IMG/VR virus record: IMGVR_UViG_3300028588_000019
Location: 1-64,000 of that record
DNA length: 64,000 bases
Source of the DNA: a virus
Taxonomy: Duplodnaviria > Caudoviricetes
Reading direction: 5' to 3' (one strand)
Below the pieces are notes generated by a model. It was not told where the DNA came from. It searched no databases and saw only the letters and a list, made by a program, of their open reading frames with translations. A program made the position numbers and the translations under genes. Shown piece after piece: positions 25,675 to 35,744 of the stretch; the stretch's first letter is position 1; each line of letters starts with the position of its first letter.

Positions 25675-26143
25675 AGGTATCGAGAAGCTCGAAGATGCCA
25701 CTATTAACCGAGCTCTCGAAATTTTGCACGGACGTATGAAGAAGCGCGGTCCGCTCATGTGCAGTCCGGAGCTTATGTATGACTTCATTAAACTTAAGAC
25801 CGGAAACCTGGAACACGAGGTGTTCGGTGCAATTTTGATGGACACTAGTGGGTGTTATATCACGCACGAAATCCTGTTCCGTGGTACGTTGCGCGAGACA
25901 CCTATCCCGGCGCGTGAAGTTATCAAGTTTGCGCTACATCACAACGCGTGCATGATGGTGGTGTTTCACAATCATCCTAGCGGAAGTACCAGCCCAAGCC
26001 CCGCCGACATTAAGTTCACAGCGGTGCTGGCAAAAATTCTCAAGTACGTAGACGTACAATTGGTTGACCACATTATCGTTGCAGGCGACCAGTACGTGTC
26101 GTTTGCAGAAACCGGCATTATGCCACAACCGGAGGCAGGTTAA
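25661..26143 (+). CDS. radC: RadC-like JAB/MPN protein
   Basis: EHEVFG, LFRGTL, FHNHPSG..PS.ADI, LVDHII motifs. Confidence 0.9.
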   Translation: MNQAEGIEKLEDATINRALEILHGRMKKRGPLMCSPELMYDFIKLKTGNLEHEVFGAILMDTSGCYITHEILFRGTLRETPIPAREVIKFALHHNACMMVVFHNHPSGSTSPSPADIKFTAVLAKILKYVDVQLVDHIIVAGDQYVSFAETGIMPQPEAG

Positions 26144-26146
26144 ATA

Positions 26147-26395
26147 ATGCGAGTTATCACCCTGTTACCGCTCAGCAAACGCGCTAAACAGCTTATTAAG
26201 CAACACGGTGAACGTTGGGAAGTCGTGCGCAAGCAGAACCAAGTGCTCTTTAATCTTGCACCCGGACCGTGGCTGTTAGTTCAGCCGCTCAGCGAAGAAC
26301 GTGCACCTGCGAACGACATGCGTGCGGCTCGAGTAGAAACCGCTTCGCGTTGGGTGCATGAGTTTAATGACACTGAATTTAAAGTAGCGCCTTAA
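26147..26395 (+). CDS. Hypothetical protein
   Basis: GGAGG RBS; 82 aa. Confidence 0.6.
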   Translation: MRVITLLPLSKRAKQLIKQHGERWEVVRKQNQVLFNLAPGPWLLVQPLSEERAPANDMRAARVETASRWVHEFNDTEFKVAP

Positions 26396-26404
26396 CCAGA
26401 AAGG

Positions 26405-27490
26405 ATGAGTATGAACAACGACAAATGCGCCCACTGTGGCGCCAAGGCTGGCGAACCAGCATGCGACTGGATTGAATGCAACGGTCATTCCCCGCAGATA
26501 GCGGAGAAGGTGGAGCTGCCGAGCATCGACACGCCTGAATTCCAAGCGCTGGTCGAGGGCTGGCGCAAATACCCATACGGCACACGAGAATTCTTGATCG
26601 CATGGGCCGCGATCATCGCTCATGTAGACCACGCTATCGCCGCATCCCGCCGTGCCGAGCTAACTTACACCGTCGATGGTGTCGTCATGTCGCCGTTGGA
26701 ATATATTGACTACCTGCATGACAAGATCGACACCCCTGCACCTGCCAGCGCAGGGCAAGCCGCCCCGGCCCTGCCCGAGCAGGACGCCAGGGCTGCATTC
26801 AAATCGGCGTTCTTGTCATGGAACGGGCTCCATACCGACGCAGAGCTAGAAAAGGAATGGGCGCGCGGGACGTTGGCTGGTGAAATGTTCCGTGCTGGTC
26901 TCGCCGCCCAGCCTGCCGAGGTCAGCGCAGGGCAAACCGGTCAGGTGGCGATTCCGCGCATTCCAACTGAAGCGATGTTGGACGCAGCCCGCGATTGGTC
27001 GGTGAATAAGTACAGCCAAGGTATCGGCAACGACGCCGCCATCGGCTGCTGGCAAGCGATGTACGACGCCACCGAGCGCGCAGCGGCACAGGGCGAGAAA
27101 GCACCCGCCACCAGCGCAGGCAATCAGGGCCATACGCCTGGGCCATGGGCGGTCGGCGATAAGGCCATGGACGAGTACCCGATATTCCGCAAGCATGACG
27201 GCAAAATGCACTGCGTGGCCGTCGCCTTCACCGAAGCCGATGCTAGGCTGATCGCCTCCGCACCGTCTCTTTCGACCGACAGAGCAGCGGCACCGGCAGA
27301 TGCACGCGACGCGGCGCGGTATCGCGTTCTGCGCATGCACGTTGCGCCGCGCGATGTGTCGATCAGCATGCAGGTCCCTCCCGAGGACATTCCGCCGGAT
27401 CAGGCTGTTGAGGAACGCATCGACATGCTGTGCGATCAGGTGGTGGACCGCGCCACCCATCAGCCCAGCGCACAGAAAGACAACAAATGA
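26405..27490 (+). CDS. Mosaic Ead/Ea22-like accessory protein
   Basis: Short modules (C..C Zn motif, PTEAML, HTPGPW, DAARYR) separated by PA/SAG linkers. Confidence 0.6.
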   Translation: MSMNNDKCAHCGAKAGEPACDWIECNGHSPQIAEKVELPSIDTPEFQALVEGWRKYPYGTREFLIAWAAIIAHVDHAIAASRRAELTYTVDGVVMSPLEYIDYLHDKIDTPAPASAGQAAPALPEQDARAAFKSAFLSWNGLHTDAELEKEWARGTLAGEMFRAGLAAQPAEVSAGQTGQVAIPRIPTEAMLDAARDWSVNKYSQGIGNDAAIGCWQAMYDATERAAAQGEKAPATSAGNQGHTPGPWAVGDKAMDEYPIFRKHDGKMHCVAVAFTEADARLIASAPSLSTDRAAAPADARDAARYRVLRMHVAPRDVSISMQVPPEDIPPDQAVEERIDMLCDQVVDRATHQPSAQKDNK

Positions 27491-27714
27491 CCACACAACG
27501 CCTTAACGGTTGCCATTCACTCCCGCGAGCAAATGAAACAAAGCTGCTCATTGTCCAAGATGGCTTCATGCCTATTGTTCACGACGGTTTTGGAAATCCG
27601 CAAGTAATTCCGAAGTACAAATACATCCAACACTTCACAAACAATGCTAAATGCATGTATGACCTCAAGAGCTCGGACGAAGGTTGTAAAGGATGCCCGT
27701 CGCAGATGACATAA
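27487..27714 (+). CDS. Small Cys-rich protein
   Basis: ATGA overlap; starts MTTQRLNGCH, ends GCKGCP. Confidence 0.6.
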   Translation: MTTQRLNGCHSLPRANETKLLIVQDGFMPIVHDGFGNPQVIPKYKYIQHFTNNAKCMYDLKSSDEGCKGCPSQMT

Positions 27715-27768
27715 ATTATTTAACGCAAGCGTTAAATATTCCACTTAACGCTTGCGTTATGCGCTATA

Positions 27769-28038
27769 ATGCACACCCCGAACACAACATTGCACGCTAT
27801 GGAAACTGTCACACAAGCGCAAGAGTGTTTCGATAAGAAATACATTGCAGCATCAGAAATCATGGAGCAACTTGGTGTAACCCGCGCCGCGTTGCTGTAC
27901 GCACGCCGAACTAACCGTCTGCCACAGGGTATTGTGGTTAGTAAAGGTCTGCTCTTTATTTGGGAACGCGAACAGGTTGAAGCGCAAATTCGCGAATGGA
28001 AAGCTGAACTAGAAATGCGCCGCAAGGGACAGGTATGA
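27769..28038 (+). CDS. Excisionase/AlpA-like HTH protein
   Basis: YIAASEIMEQLGVTRAAL...LP...LFIWERE; true start may be 27799. Confidence 0.65.
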   Translation: MHTPNTTLHAMETVTQAQECFDKKYIAASEIMEQLGVTRAALLYARRTNRLPQGIVVSKGLLFIWEREQVEAQIREWKAELEMRRKGQV

Positions 28039-30635
28039 GCATCACCAACTACGACAATATCCCAGAACAGATGCGCTGGTCCCGTTCTTGGCTCTTAGCT
28101 GGTCCGGATGAAAATGGGATCATGAAGGCCCCGCACAGTTTTAACTCACGCGGCATCTTTAAGGTTGACCCACGTGATACATCTAAATACATGGACCTGG
28201 AAACGGTCATTGAAGCCTCCGCACATTACGGCTGCGGCATCGGCTTCGCTTTGTCCGACTTAGACACATTCTCATGTGTTGACCTGGACATTAAAAACAT
28301 CCACAATTACCCGAACAAAATTGATCACAAAGGTAAGGCCGTTGAATGGACCTCGGAAGAGGACATTGCGCGTTACCACAAGATCATTAACAAGCTCGAC
28401 AGCTATACCGAGCGCAGCACCAGCGCACAGGGCTTCCACACATGGGTCCAAGGCGATATTGGCGCAGGCTGCAAGCGTGACGGTGTTGAGGTGTATTCGC
28501 GTGAACGCTTTATCGTGTGCACAGGCAACGTCTATCTTAATAAGGATATTGAGGACCGACAGGAACTTCTGAATATCCTTGTTGGTGAAATTCGTGCAGC
28601 AGCCGAAGCCGACGCACCCAAGGTGGCACTGACGGACTTGGAAGAAACCGAGACTGACGAGGTCATCCTCGAACGTGCACGCACCGCTGAAAACTCGGGG
28701 AAGTTTGCCGCCCTGTTTGGCGGTGATTGGAACGGTTACCCTTCGCAATCTGAAGCAGACCTTGCGCTGATGTCCATGTTTACGTTCTACAGCAAGTCGA
28801 ACGTACAATGTCGTCGCTTGTTCCGCATGTCTGGGCTCGGTCAACGCGACAAAGCTCAGAAGAACGACCGCCATCTGAACCTTATGTTGAGCATGATTCG
28901 TGGCCGCGAAGCTAAAGAAGAAGAACGCGATAACTTGGCTGTCGAAGCTGGTAAGCGATTGGTTGCGCAGCTTTTAGGGAGCGTTAGCAACCCCGCACCA
29001 GTGCAAGCGCAGCAGTACGCTCCAGCACCGTACCAGTACACCCCGCCACCAGCGCTACCACCCCTGCCGCCTGTGCAGATGTATAATCCTGTAATCCCAC
29101 CAAGTGACCAGACTGTGATTGCAGCCGGTCAGGAATGGAGCATGGCTGTAGCTGAGCCAGAAGACGACTTCGAATACCTGCCGCCTGGCGTGGGTCCACA
29201 AATTAAGTTCGACTTTGACCCTGTGTTGGCCGGTCTTGAGCCACGTAAGGACGAGGTTGAGCTTCCGGGTATCAGCTGGCCTCCAGGCGTGGCGGGTGCA
29301 CTCGCACAGTACATCTTTGACGGTGCACCACGTCCAGTTAAAGAGGTCGCAATTGTGGCAGCGATTGGCTTGCTGGCGGGTGTATGTGGTAAATCGTTCA
29401 CCATTCCACAATCGGGCTTGAACGTGTACATGGTTCTGGTTGCTAAGTCAGCTGTTGGTAAAGAAGCAATGCACAGTGGTATTGCCAACATGATGAGTTA
29501 CATCCGTGATAGCGTACCAAATGTCACCAATTTTGTCGACTTTACCGACTATGCTTCGGGGCCTGCGCTATCTAAGGCTGTTGCAACTAATCCAAGCTTT
29601 GTAAACGTGTCCGGTGAGTGGGGTCGTAAGCTGCGCCGCTTGGGCATGGAAGATGGCAGGGACGGTCCTATGCAACAGCTTCGCACCGTAATGACGAACC
29701 TCTACCAGAAGTCCGGTCCTAAATCGGTTGTTGGTGGTATTGGCTATTCAGATAAAGAAAAGAACATTGCGTCTGTGTCGGGTGTTGCGTACAGCATGAT
29801 TGGTGAAACGACTCCAAGCACATTCTACGATTCGCTTACCGAAACAATGATGGAAGACGGGTTCTTGTCGCGTTTTACCGTGCTGGAATATACGGGCAAT
29901 CGTCCCAAGTACAACGTGGACGCAGTCAAAGCGCCAAACACGATGCTACTTGAGACCATGTGTTCGCTGGTACAGCGCGCAATTGATCTTAACGACCGCT
30001 TTACGACACAAGAAGTGCTCTCTGATCCTGAGGCGCACAAGATTTTGTCCAACTTTAACTTTGAGTGCGACGACCACATTAACAGCAGCGAGGATGAAGG
30101 TTTCCGTCAGATGTGGAACCGTGCACACTTGAAGGCGTATCGTATGGCAGCACTGCTTGCAGTAGCGGATAACCACACATTCCCGGTAATCCAAAAAGAG
30201 CACGCTGAATGGGCGCTGCTGCTGATTCGCAAGGACATTGGTGTGATGAGTCGTCGTATTAACTCGGGTGACGTTGGCGTTGGCGACAGTCCGCGTGAAC
30301 GCAAAGTGTTGTCGCTCATTGAAAAGTTCCTCAAAGAAGGTGCACCGCCTAGCTATGGTGTCCCTGAAAAGATGCGCGAAGCTGCCGTTATTCCTCGAAA
30401 GTACCTGCAAATCTGCACGCAGAAATCCGGGTCGTTTACTTCGCATCGTTTGGGGCAAAGCGCTGCCCTGGACCTCACCTTGAAGTCTCTTGCAGATAGC
30501 GGCTATATTAGTCTGCTCGATAAAGCAAAAGCTGCCACGGATTTCCAATTCCACGGCATATGCTACCGCGTCATTACTCTTCCTCGCAGCTCGCAGGAAG
30601 AGCGCGATGCCAAGATTGCGAAGCAGCACCAATAA
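28035..30635 (+). CDS. Primase-polymerase fused to DUF3987-like helicase-type domain
   Basis: DLDIK/YTERSTS.QGFH AEP motifs, SQSEADLAL primase C-terminal domain, Pro-rich linker, AKSAVGKE P-loop-like region. Confidence 0.8.
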   Translation: MSITNYDNIPEQMRWSRSWLLAGPDENGIMKAPHSFNSRGIFKVDPRDTSKYMDLETVIEASAHYGCGIGFALSDLDTFSCVDLDIKNIHNYPNKIDHKGKAVEWTSEEDIARYHKIINKLDSYTERSTSAQGFHTWVQGDIGAGCKRDGVEVYSRERFIVCTGNVYLNKDIEDRQELLNILVGEIRAAAEADAPKVALTDLEETETDEVILERARTAENSGKFAALFGGDWNGYPSQSEADLALMSMFTFYSKSNVQCRRLFRMSGLGQRDKAQKNDRHLNLMLSMIRGREAKEEERDNLAVEAGKRLVAQLLGSVSNPAPVQAQQYAPAPYQYTPPPALPPLPPVQMYNPVIPPSDQTVIAAGQEWSMAVAEPEDDFEYLPPGVGPQIKFDFDPVLAGLEPRKDEVELPGISWPPGVAGALAQYIFDGAPRPVKEVAIVAAIGLLAGVCGKSFTIPQSGLNVYMVLVAKSAVGKEAMHSGIANMMSYIRDSVPNVTNFVDFTDYASGPALSKAVATNPSFVNVSGEWGRKLRRLGMEDGRDGPMQQLRTVMTNLYQKSGPKSVVGGIGYSDKEKNIASVSGVAYSMIGETTPSTFYDSLTETMMEDGFLSRFTVLEYTGNRPKYNVDAVKAPNTMLLETMCSLVQRAIDLNDRFTTQEVLSDPEAHKILSNFNFECDDHINSSEDEGFRQMWNRAHLKAYRMAALLAVADNHTFPVIQKEHAEWALLLIRKDIGVMSRRINSGDVGVGDSPRERKVLSLIEKFLKEGAPPSYGVPEKMREAAVIPRKYLQICTQKSGSFTSHRLGQSAALDLTLKSLADSGYISLLDKAKAATDFQFHGICYRVITLPRSSQEERDAKIAKQHQ

Positions 30636-30649
30636 TCACGTCCACTAAA

Positions 30650-30680
30650 ACAGCTTTACCCCTTCGGGGGTAGGCTGTAA
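30650..30680 (+). terminator. UUCG hairpin / possible terminator
   Basis: ACAGC-TTT-ACCCC-TTCG-GGGGT-AG-GCTGT. Confidence 0.5.
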
Positions 30681-30721
30681 AATGGTTACGCTGTACTAAT
30701 AAACCCTAACTGGAGTAATAC

Positions 30722-31321
30722 ATGAAACTGACCGTTGCTGAAACCAAAGCGCTGCCGCGCGCCATGCAGTACGAAGAAATGATCCGCGACCTGTTCACCA
30801 AAGACCTGGGCGGCATCGACGGGCAGCGCATGCACGCTGCAATCGGCATCAGTGGCGAAAGCGCTGAGCTGATGAAAGCATTTATGCTGCGCGATGAACG
30901 GAACCTCGTCGAAGAAGGCGGCGATGCGTACTTCTACGTCCAGGCGCTGCTGAACCAGAATAACTGGACCGTCGAAGATGTGCTGAACGCACGTACCGAC
31001 TGCGAGCAAGACCTCGTGGGCATGGAGGGTGCGCAGACCATCATCTACGCCGGTGACATCCTGGACATCGCAAAGAAGTCGTGGGTGTACGGCAAGACCA
31101 TTGACCTCGCTGCGCTCAAGACCGCAGTTGGCAACTGGCTGCACGCGTTCATGTCACTCATGGACGCCGAAGGTGGCGACTTCTTCGAAGCCCTAACCCT
31201 GGAAGACCTGAAAGCGCACAACCAGTACAAACTCGTTACCGGCCCGAACGCCCGCTTCGCAACGGGCAAGTACACCGACGCAGCCGCAATCGCACGCGCA
31301 GACAAACCAGCCGGCGAATAA
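30722..31321 (+). CDS. MazG-like NTP pyrophosphohydrolase with tandem domains
   Basis: HAAIGISGESAEL...EEGGD..FY plus a second, degenerate GDILDIAKKSWVYGK unit. Confidence 0.7.
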   Translation: MKLTVAETKALPRAMQYEEMIRDLFTKDLGGIDGQRMHAAIGISGESAELMKAFMLRDERNLVEEGGDAYFYVQALLNQNNWTVEDVLNARTDCEQDLVGMEGAQTIIYAGDILDIAKKSWVYGKTIDLAALKTAVGNWLHAFMSLMDAEGGDFFEALTLEDLKAHNQYKLVTGPNARFATGKYTDAAAIARADKPAGE

Positions 31322-31364
31322 CCACACAACACGCCCGGTTCGCCGGGCCTCCTGAAAGGCACAA

Positions 31365-31802
31365 GTGGAACAAGTGAACCAAAACGTCGCAGCCGACGAC
31401 ATGGACCAACCGGCAACTCAAGACACCCTCAATGAGTGGTTCCTTGCACAGGAAGAACTGGCTAAGATCAAGGACCGTGAAATGGCGCTGCGCAAGCGCA
31501 TTGCACGCACGTACTTCCCGAACCCGGTCGAAGGTACTAACACGGCGCCACTGTCCGAAGGCTGGGTAATGAAGTTGACGCACAAGATCGACCGCAAGCT
31601 GGACATTCCAGTCCTTACCAACCTTGCCGACGAATTCCTCAAGGCAGAGCTGCCGCTGGGTATGCTCGTCAAAAACAAACCCGAGCTGGACCTGAAGGCC
31701 TACCGTGCACTACCGGACGAAAAGCGCGCTATGTTCGAGCGTGCAATGACCATCAAGCCCGGTTCGCCCTCCCTCGAAATCGTCAAACCGAAGCGAGCAT
31801 AA
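31365..31802 (+). CDS. Conserved phage protein (replication module)
   Basis: 145 aa; LAKIKDREMALRKRI...EGTNT...I.PGSPSLEI. Confidence 0.7.
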   Translation: MEQVNQNVAADDMDQPATQDTLNEWFLAQEELAKIKDREMALRKRIARTYFPNPVEGTNTAPLSEGWVMKLTHKIDRKLDIPVLTNLADEFLKAELPLGMLVKNKPELDLKAYRALPDEKRAMFERAMTIKPGSPSLEIVKPKRA

Positions 31803-31803
31803 A

Positions 31804-31983
31804 ATGCAAGTTGTCAAAAATTACGACAAGGTCACCTTGACCCCACAGGACATTCAAGAAGCGATCCGTGAATTTGTCCTGCAAAAGACCGGCCGCGTCA
31901 TGCGGGGTGAGGCCAGCGTGAACGGTAATGGTCAGGTCAACGGCGGCTACTGCCTGATTGAAGATCAAGTAAAGGCGAACTAA
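31804..31983 (+). CDS. Small hypothetical protein (59 aa)
   Basis: Fills the gap exactly; starts [13 protein letters not shown]. Confidence 0.55.
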   Translation: MQVVKNYDKVTLTPQDIQEAIREFVLQKTGRVMRGEASVNGNGQVNGGYCLIEDQVKAN

Positions 31984-31984
31984 C

Positions 31985-32818
31985 ATGAAACAATACCACG
32001 ACCTTCTGATTCACGTGCTGGAAAACGGCACGCTGAAAACCGACCGTACTGGTACGGGCACCCTGTCCGTGTTCGGCTATCAGATGCGCTTCAACCTCCA
32101 GGAAAGCTTCCCGCTGGTAACGACCAAGGCCCTGCACCTGAAGTCCATCGTTCACGAACTGCTGTGGTTCCTCGCCGGCGACACGAACGTCAAGTACCTG
32201 CAAGAAAATGGCGTCAAGATCTGGGATGACTGGGCGCGCGAAGACGGTAGCCTTGGTCCGGTGTACGGCGCACAGTGGCGCAGCTGGCCGAACCCGACGA
32301 TCGAACCTCACCCATCTGACGCCGCGTTGTCGTTCGTTAAGCGCGAAACTATCGACCAGATCAGTGAAGCGCTGGAGCAGCTGAAGCACAGCCCGGACTC
32401 CCGTCGCATTATCGTGTCGGCCTGGAACGTTGCGGACATTCCGAACATGAAGCTGCCACCGTGCCACTGCCTGTTCCAGTTCTACGTGGCCGACGGCAAG
32501 TTGTCCTGCCAGCTCTACCAGCGCAGCGCCGACATCTTCCTGGGCGTACCGTTCAACATCGCTTCCTATGCCTTGCTTACCCACATGGTGGCGCAGCAAG
32601 TCGGCCTGGAAGTCGGCGAGTTCATTTGGACTGGTGGCGATACGCACCTGTACCTGAACCATCGAGACCAAGCGCGCCTGCAACTCGAGCGCGGATTCCG
32701 CCCGGCGCCGCAACTGGTACTGAACAAGGCGCCGTCGCTGTTCGACTACAAGTTCGACGACGTGCAAATCGTGGGCTACGACCCGCACCCATCCATCAAA
32801 GCGAAAGTGGCGGTGTAA
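31985..32818 (+). CDS. thyA: Thymidylate synthase
   Basis: [30 protein letters not shown] motifs. Confidence 0.98.
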   Translation: MKQYHDLLIHVLENGTLKTDRTGTGTLSVFGYQMRFNLQESFPLVTTKALHLKSIVHELLWFLAGDTNVKYLQENGVKIWDDWAREDGSLGPVYGAQWRSWPNPTIEPHPSDAALSFVKRETIDQISEALEQLKHSPDSRRIIVSAWNVADIPNMKLPPCHCLFQFYVADGKLSCQLYQRSADIFLGVPFNIASYALLTHMVAQQVGLEVGEFIWTGGDTHLYLNHRDQARLQLERGFRPAPQLVLNKAPSLFDYKFDDVQIVGYDPHPSIKAKVAV

Positions 32819-32819
32819 C

Positions 32820-33125
32820 GTGACGCAAGGTCAACCATTACCAATCGAGCAGGCGCAGTTCATCACTGACCTGGACGAGCAACTTGCAGAAATGCGTGCG
32901 CTGTTGATCAGCAAGAACCGCAAGTACGGTGACGCTGCGCTCAACCCGAAGCAAGTGTTCAGCACCTGCGATGCGGAAGAGCTTATCGACGTCCGCATCG
33001 ACGACAAGCTGTCGCGCATCCGCAATCGTCAGAACGACGAGGACGAGGATGTCGTAGGTGACCTGCTGGGTTACCTACTGCTCAAGAAGATCGCGCGTGC
33101 GCGTAAAATGCGGTCGCCGAAATGA
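32820..33125 (+). CDS. DUF1599 / nucleotide-modification-associated domain protein
   Basis: KNRKYGD...VRIDDKLSRI...DL.GY motif. Confidence 0.7.
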   Translation: MTQGQPLPIEQAQFITDLDEQLAEMRALLISKNRKYGDAALNPKQVFSTCDAEELIDVRIDDKLSRIRNRQNDEDEDVVGDLLGYLLLKKIARARKMRSPK

Positions 33126-33655
33126 AGAACCTACTCTGGAAGCTGGTGGCGAAAGCCGTGTCGCATCCTAGTGTGGTTAAATGGCTCATTGCTCGCGCCA
33201 AGAAGACGCCGTATTCCCACATCTACAAGGACGGCGACGTCTATATGGAACGGTACTGGCTGTTCAACCCGTACCCGGTCAACGAGGTGGAGCGTGAGCG
33301 CTGGCGCAGCAAGTGGCCGTCGGTCCGCCTGCACAAGATCATGCGCCCGGACCGCGACCGTCACATGCACGATCATCCGTGGGACGCACGCACGATCATC
33401 CTGCAAGGCTGGTATCGTGAAGAACGTCTGGAACGTCGTTACCATTTCTTAGGATACCAATCCAAGATCGTCAGGGCGTATCGCTACGCTGGTGAAACTG
33501 CTACCCTGAAGTTCGGTGAGTACCATAAAATCACCGACGTTCCGGACGAAGGTGTTTGGACGATGTTCATCACCTGGAAGTATATGGGGACGTGGGGCTT
33601 CATGGTCGATGGTCAGAAAGTACAATGGAGGAAGTATCTTGGTCTCGACAAGTAA
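33122..33655 (+). CDS. Cupin-fold phage protein
   Basis: RLHKI..PD..RHMHDHPW...IIL.G.Y.EE...YHKI. Confidence 0.65.
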   Translation: MKNLLWKLVAKAVSHPSVVKWLIARAKKTPYSHIYKDGDVYMERYWLFNPYPVNEVERERWRSKWPSVRLHKIMRPDRDRHMHDHPWDARTIILQGWYREERLERRYHFLGYQSKIVRAYRYAGETATLKFGEYHKITDVPDEGVWTMFITWKYMGTWGFMVDGQKVQWRKYLGLDK

Positions 33656-34613
33656 TCCAATCATTAAGCCCATGAGGGCGGAAAACGCTGACCTGAAAAA
33701 GATCAAACGTTGGCCTGTATGGGTGTTCCCGAAGGTGGATGGCGTGCGGGGTTATAACCCGCAAGGCACGCTCCTGTCCCGGCCGTTGAAGCGTCACCGC
33801 AATGCGTACACGACGAATTACTTCAGTCGTGAGGAATACGCAGGCTTTGACGGTGAGCTTGCGGCGGAGCACGAATGCCACCCGCGTCTGTGCCACCTGA
33901 CCCAAAGCGCTGTCAGCACCGCAGAAGGCACGCCGTTTGTGCTGTGGCATCTGTTCGACTATGTAACGCCGGAGTCCCGCACGCTACCATACAGCGAGCG
34001 CTATAAAATGCTCACAAAGCAGGTGTATGACCTCAAGCTGATGGGTCTTGCTGATCGTTTGCGCGTGTTAAGCTATGTAATCTGTGATAACGTCGAGCAA
34101 GTGCTCGCAGCGCACACCAAGAACATGGAGCTCGGCTACGAGGGTTCGTGCTACTACGATCCAACCGTGACGCACAAGGAGGGCAAGAGCTCCCCGACCC
34201 ATGGTGGCGTACTGCGCATTAAGGACTTCATCGACTTCGAGGCTGAAGTGCTGGAGGTGCAAGAAGGTCGCACCAACCTGAACGAAGCACAGGTCAATGA
34301 GTTGGGTCGTCAGTTCCGCTCTTCGCACCAAGAAAATATGGTTCCCAACGGCATGGTTGGCACGCTGGTCTGTAAAGCGCTCAAAGATGTCGTCGACCCG
34401 TATGACAAGAAGAAGATTCTGATTGCAAAGGACCAGATCTTTAATTGCTCGCCTGGTAAAATGACGGACGATGAAGCGGTGATGTTCCTGAAACACCCGG
34501 AGTTGATTGTGGGCAAGCCCAGTACCGTCAAATTCTTCCCGAAGGGGATGAAAGACGCACCGCGCTTTCCACAATGGCAGTGTATCCGCGCAACAGGCGA
34601 TCACGAAGGTTAA
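33639..34613 (+). CDS. ATP-dependent DNA ligase
   Basis: KPM, PKVDG (adenylated Lys), FDGEL, LFDYV, GYEG, RIKDF..EA, PRFP; TTG start after GGAGG. Confidence 0.9.
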   Translation: MVSTSNPIIKPMRAENADLKKIKRWPVWVFPKVDGVRGYNPQGTLLSRPLKRHRNAYTTNYFSREEYAGFDGELAAEHECHPRLCHLTQSAVSTAEGTPFVLWHLFDYVTPESRTLPYSERYKMLTKQVYDLKLMGLADRLRVLSYVICDNVEQVLAAHTKNMELGYEGSCYYDPTVTHKEGKSSPTHGGVLRIKDFIDFEAEVLEVQEGRTNLNEAQVNELGRQFRSSHQENMVPNGMVGTLVCKALKDVVDPYDKKKILIAKDQIFNCSPGKMTDDEAVMFLKHPELIVGKPSTVKFFPKGMKDAPRFPQWQCIRATGDHEG

Positions 34614-34635
34614 TGCGGATCACGTAAAATTCTGC

Positions 34636-34664
34636 TTGCATATACGTAACAACGCGCGCATAAT
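34636..34664 (+). promoter_or_regulatory. Sigma70-like promoter
   Basis: TTGCAT-17 nt-CATAAT. Confidence 0.65.
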
Positions 34665-34730
34665 AGCGGTTCCTGTTCAAGCAGGTAAGTCCCCGGTTCA
34701 CGCCGGGGAATTCTAACAAACGGAGAGTAA

Positions 34731-35573
34731 ATGTCCATCCTCGGAGCAGTTACCCACACTTCCCAAGGCATCCAGCCCGGTATCCGCGCAGTCATCGCGG
34801 GTGTCGAAAAAATGGGTAAGACCACCCTGACGACCAATGCACCGCGTGCGCTGCTGGTCCCACTCGAAATCGGTTACAGCGGCGTGCAGGTCAATATGAC
34901 CCCGATGCTGACCGAGTTCCAGCATGTGTTGATGCTGCTGGACGAACTTATCGCTTCGCGCATGGCTGGTACGCTGCCGTATCTGAGTGTTGTGATCGAC
35001 AGCGCTACCGCACTCGAGCGTCTGATCCATAACGACGTGCTCAAGCGTGACCCGCAATATGCGCCGGGTAACAAGAAAACCGTCACCATGGACTCGGCGC
35101 TCGGCGGTTACGGTAAGGCCTACGCCTTCTCGAACGAGCTATTCGAGAACTTCCTGAAAAAGTGCGACCAACTGTCGCAGATGGGGATTAATATCATCCT
35201 CACCTGCCACGTTTTCGCAGCGGAAGTCGTTGACCCGACCGCAGGCACGTTCAATACGTGGGATCTGCTGCTGCATTCGCCGAAAAACCAGAAGACCTAC
35301 GGCAAGCGTGAAATGATGACGCAGTGGGCTGACCTTATCGGTTTCCTGCACGAACCCATCTTCGTCACCGAAGGTAAAACGATGAACCAAGCTGTGAGCC
35401 AAAACAAAGGCCGCGTCCTGGGCATCGCTCGTCAACCCGGTTATGTGGCGGGTAACCGTTACAACATGACCGACGAAATCCAGATTCCGTCGCAAAACGG
35501 CTGGAACAGCCTCGCTGCACAGATCTGGCAGTGCAGTGGTAAGAACTACTACAATCAGGACGTTGCACAATGA
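34731..35573 (+). CDS. Sak4-like AAA ATPase (AAA_24)
   Basis: GVEKMGKT Walker A, VIDS Walker B, GYGK.Y, EWADL-like, AGNRY. Confidence 0.85.
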   Translation: MSILGAVTHTSQGIQPGIRAVIAGVEKMGKTTLTTNAPRALLVPLEIGYSGVQVNMTPMLTEFQHVLMLLDELIASRMAGTLPYLSVVIDSATALERLIHNDVLKRDPQYAPGNKKTVTMDSALGGYGKAYAFSNELFENFLKKCDQLSQMGINIILTCHVFAAEVVDPTAGTFNTWDLLLHSPKNQKTYGKREMMTQWADLIGFLHEPIFVTEGKTMNQAVSQNKGRVLGIARQPGYVAGNRYNMTDEIQIPSQNGWNSLAAQIWQCSGKNYYNQDVAQ

Positions 35574-35743
35574 CCACACATCTGCATCCAGCGCTGCGCG
35601 GCGCTGCAAACATCCAAAAGCGCATCCACTTCAGCCGTCTGCGTGCACACGCGCACGCCAATGGCAATCTGCGCCCAACGCGCATTGCTGAAGCTGTGAA
35701 CGTGATGTTCCAGGGCGGCGTGCCTTTCAGCTGGGGTAAGTAA
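35570..35743 (+). CDS. Small basic protein
   Basis: ATGA overlap; 57 aa. Confidence 0.5.
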   Translation: MTTHLHPALRGAANIQKRIHFSRLRAHAHANGNLRPTRIAEAVNVMFQGGVPFSWGK

Positions 35744-35744
35744 C

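Noticed and set aside
31985-32818. thyA as a dUMP/dCMP hydroxymethylase for pyrimidine hypermodification
   Set aside because: The sequence is a full-length canonical ThyA with the dUMP-specifying Asn (PFNIASY), and no kinase or glycosyltransferase partners are seen
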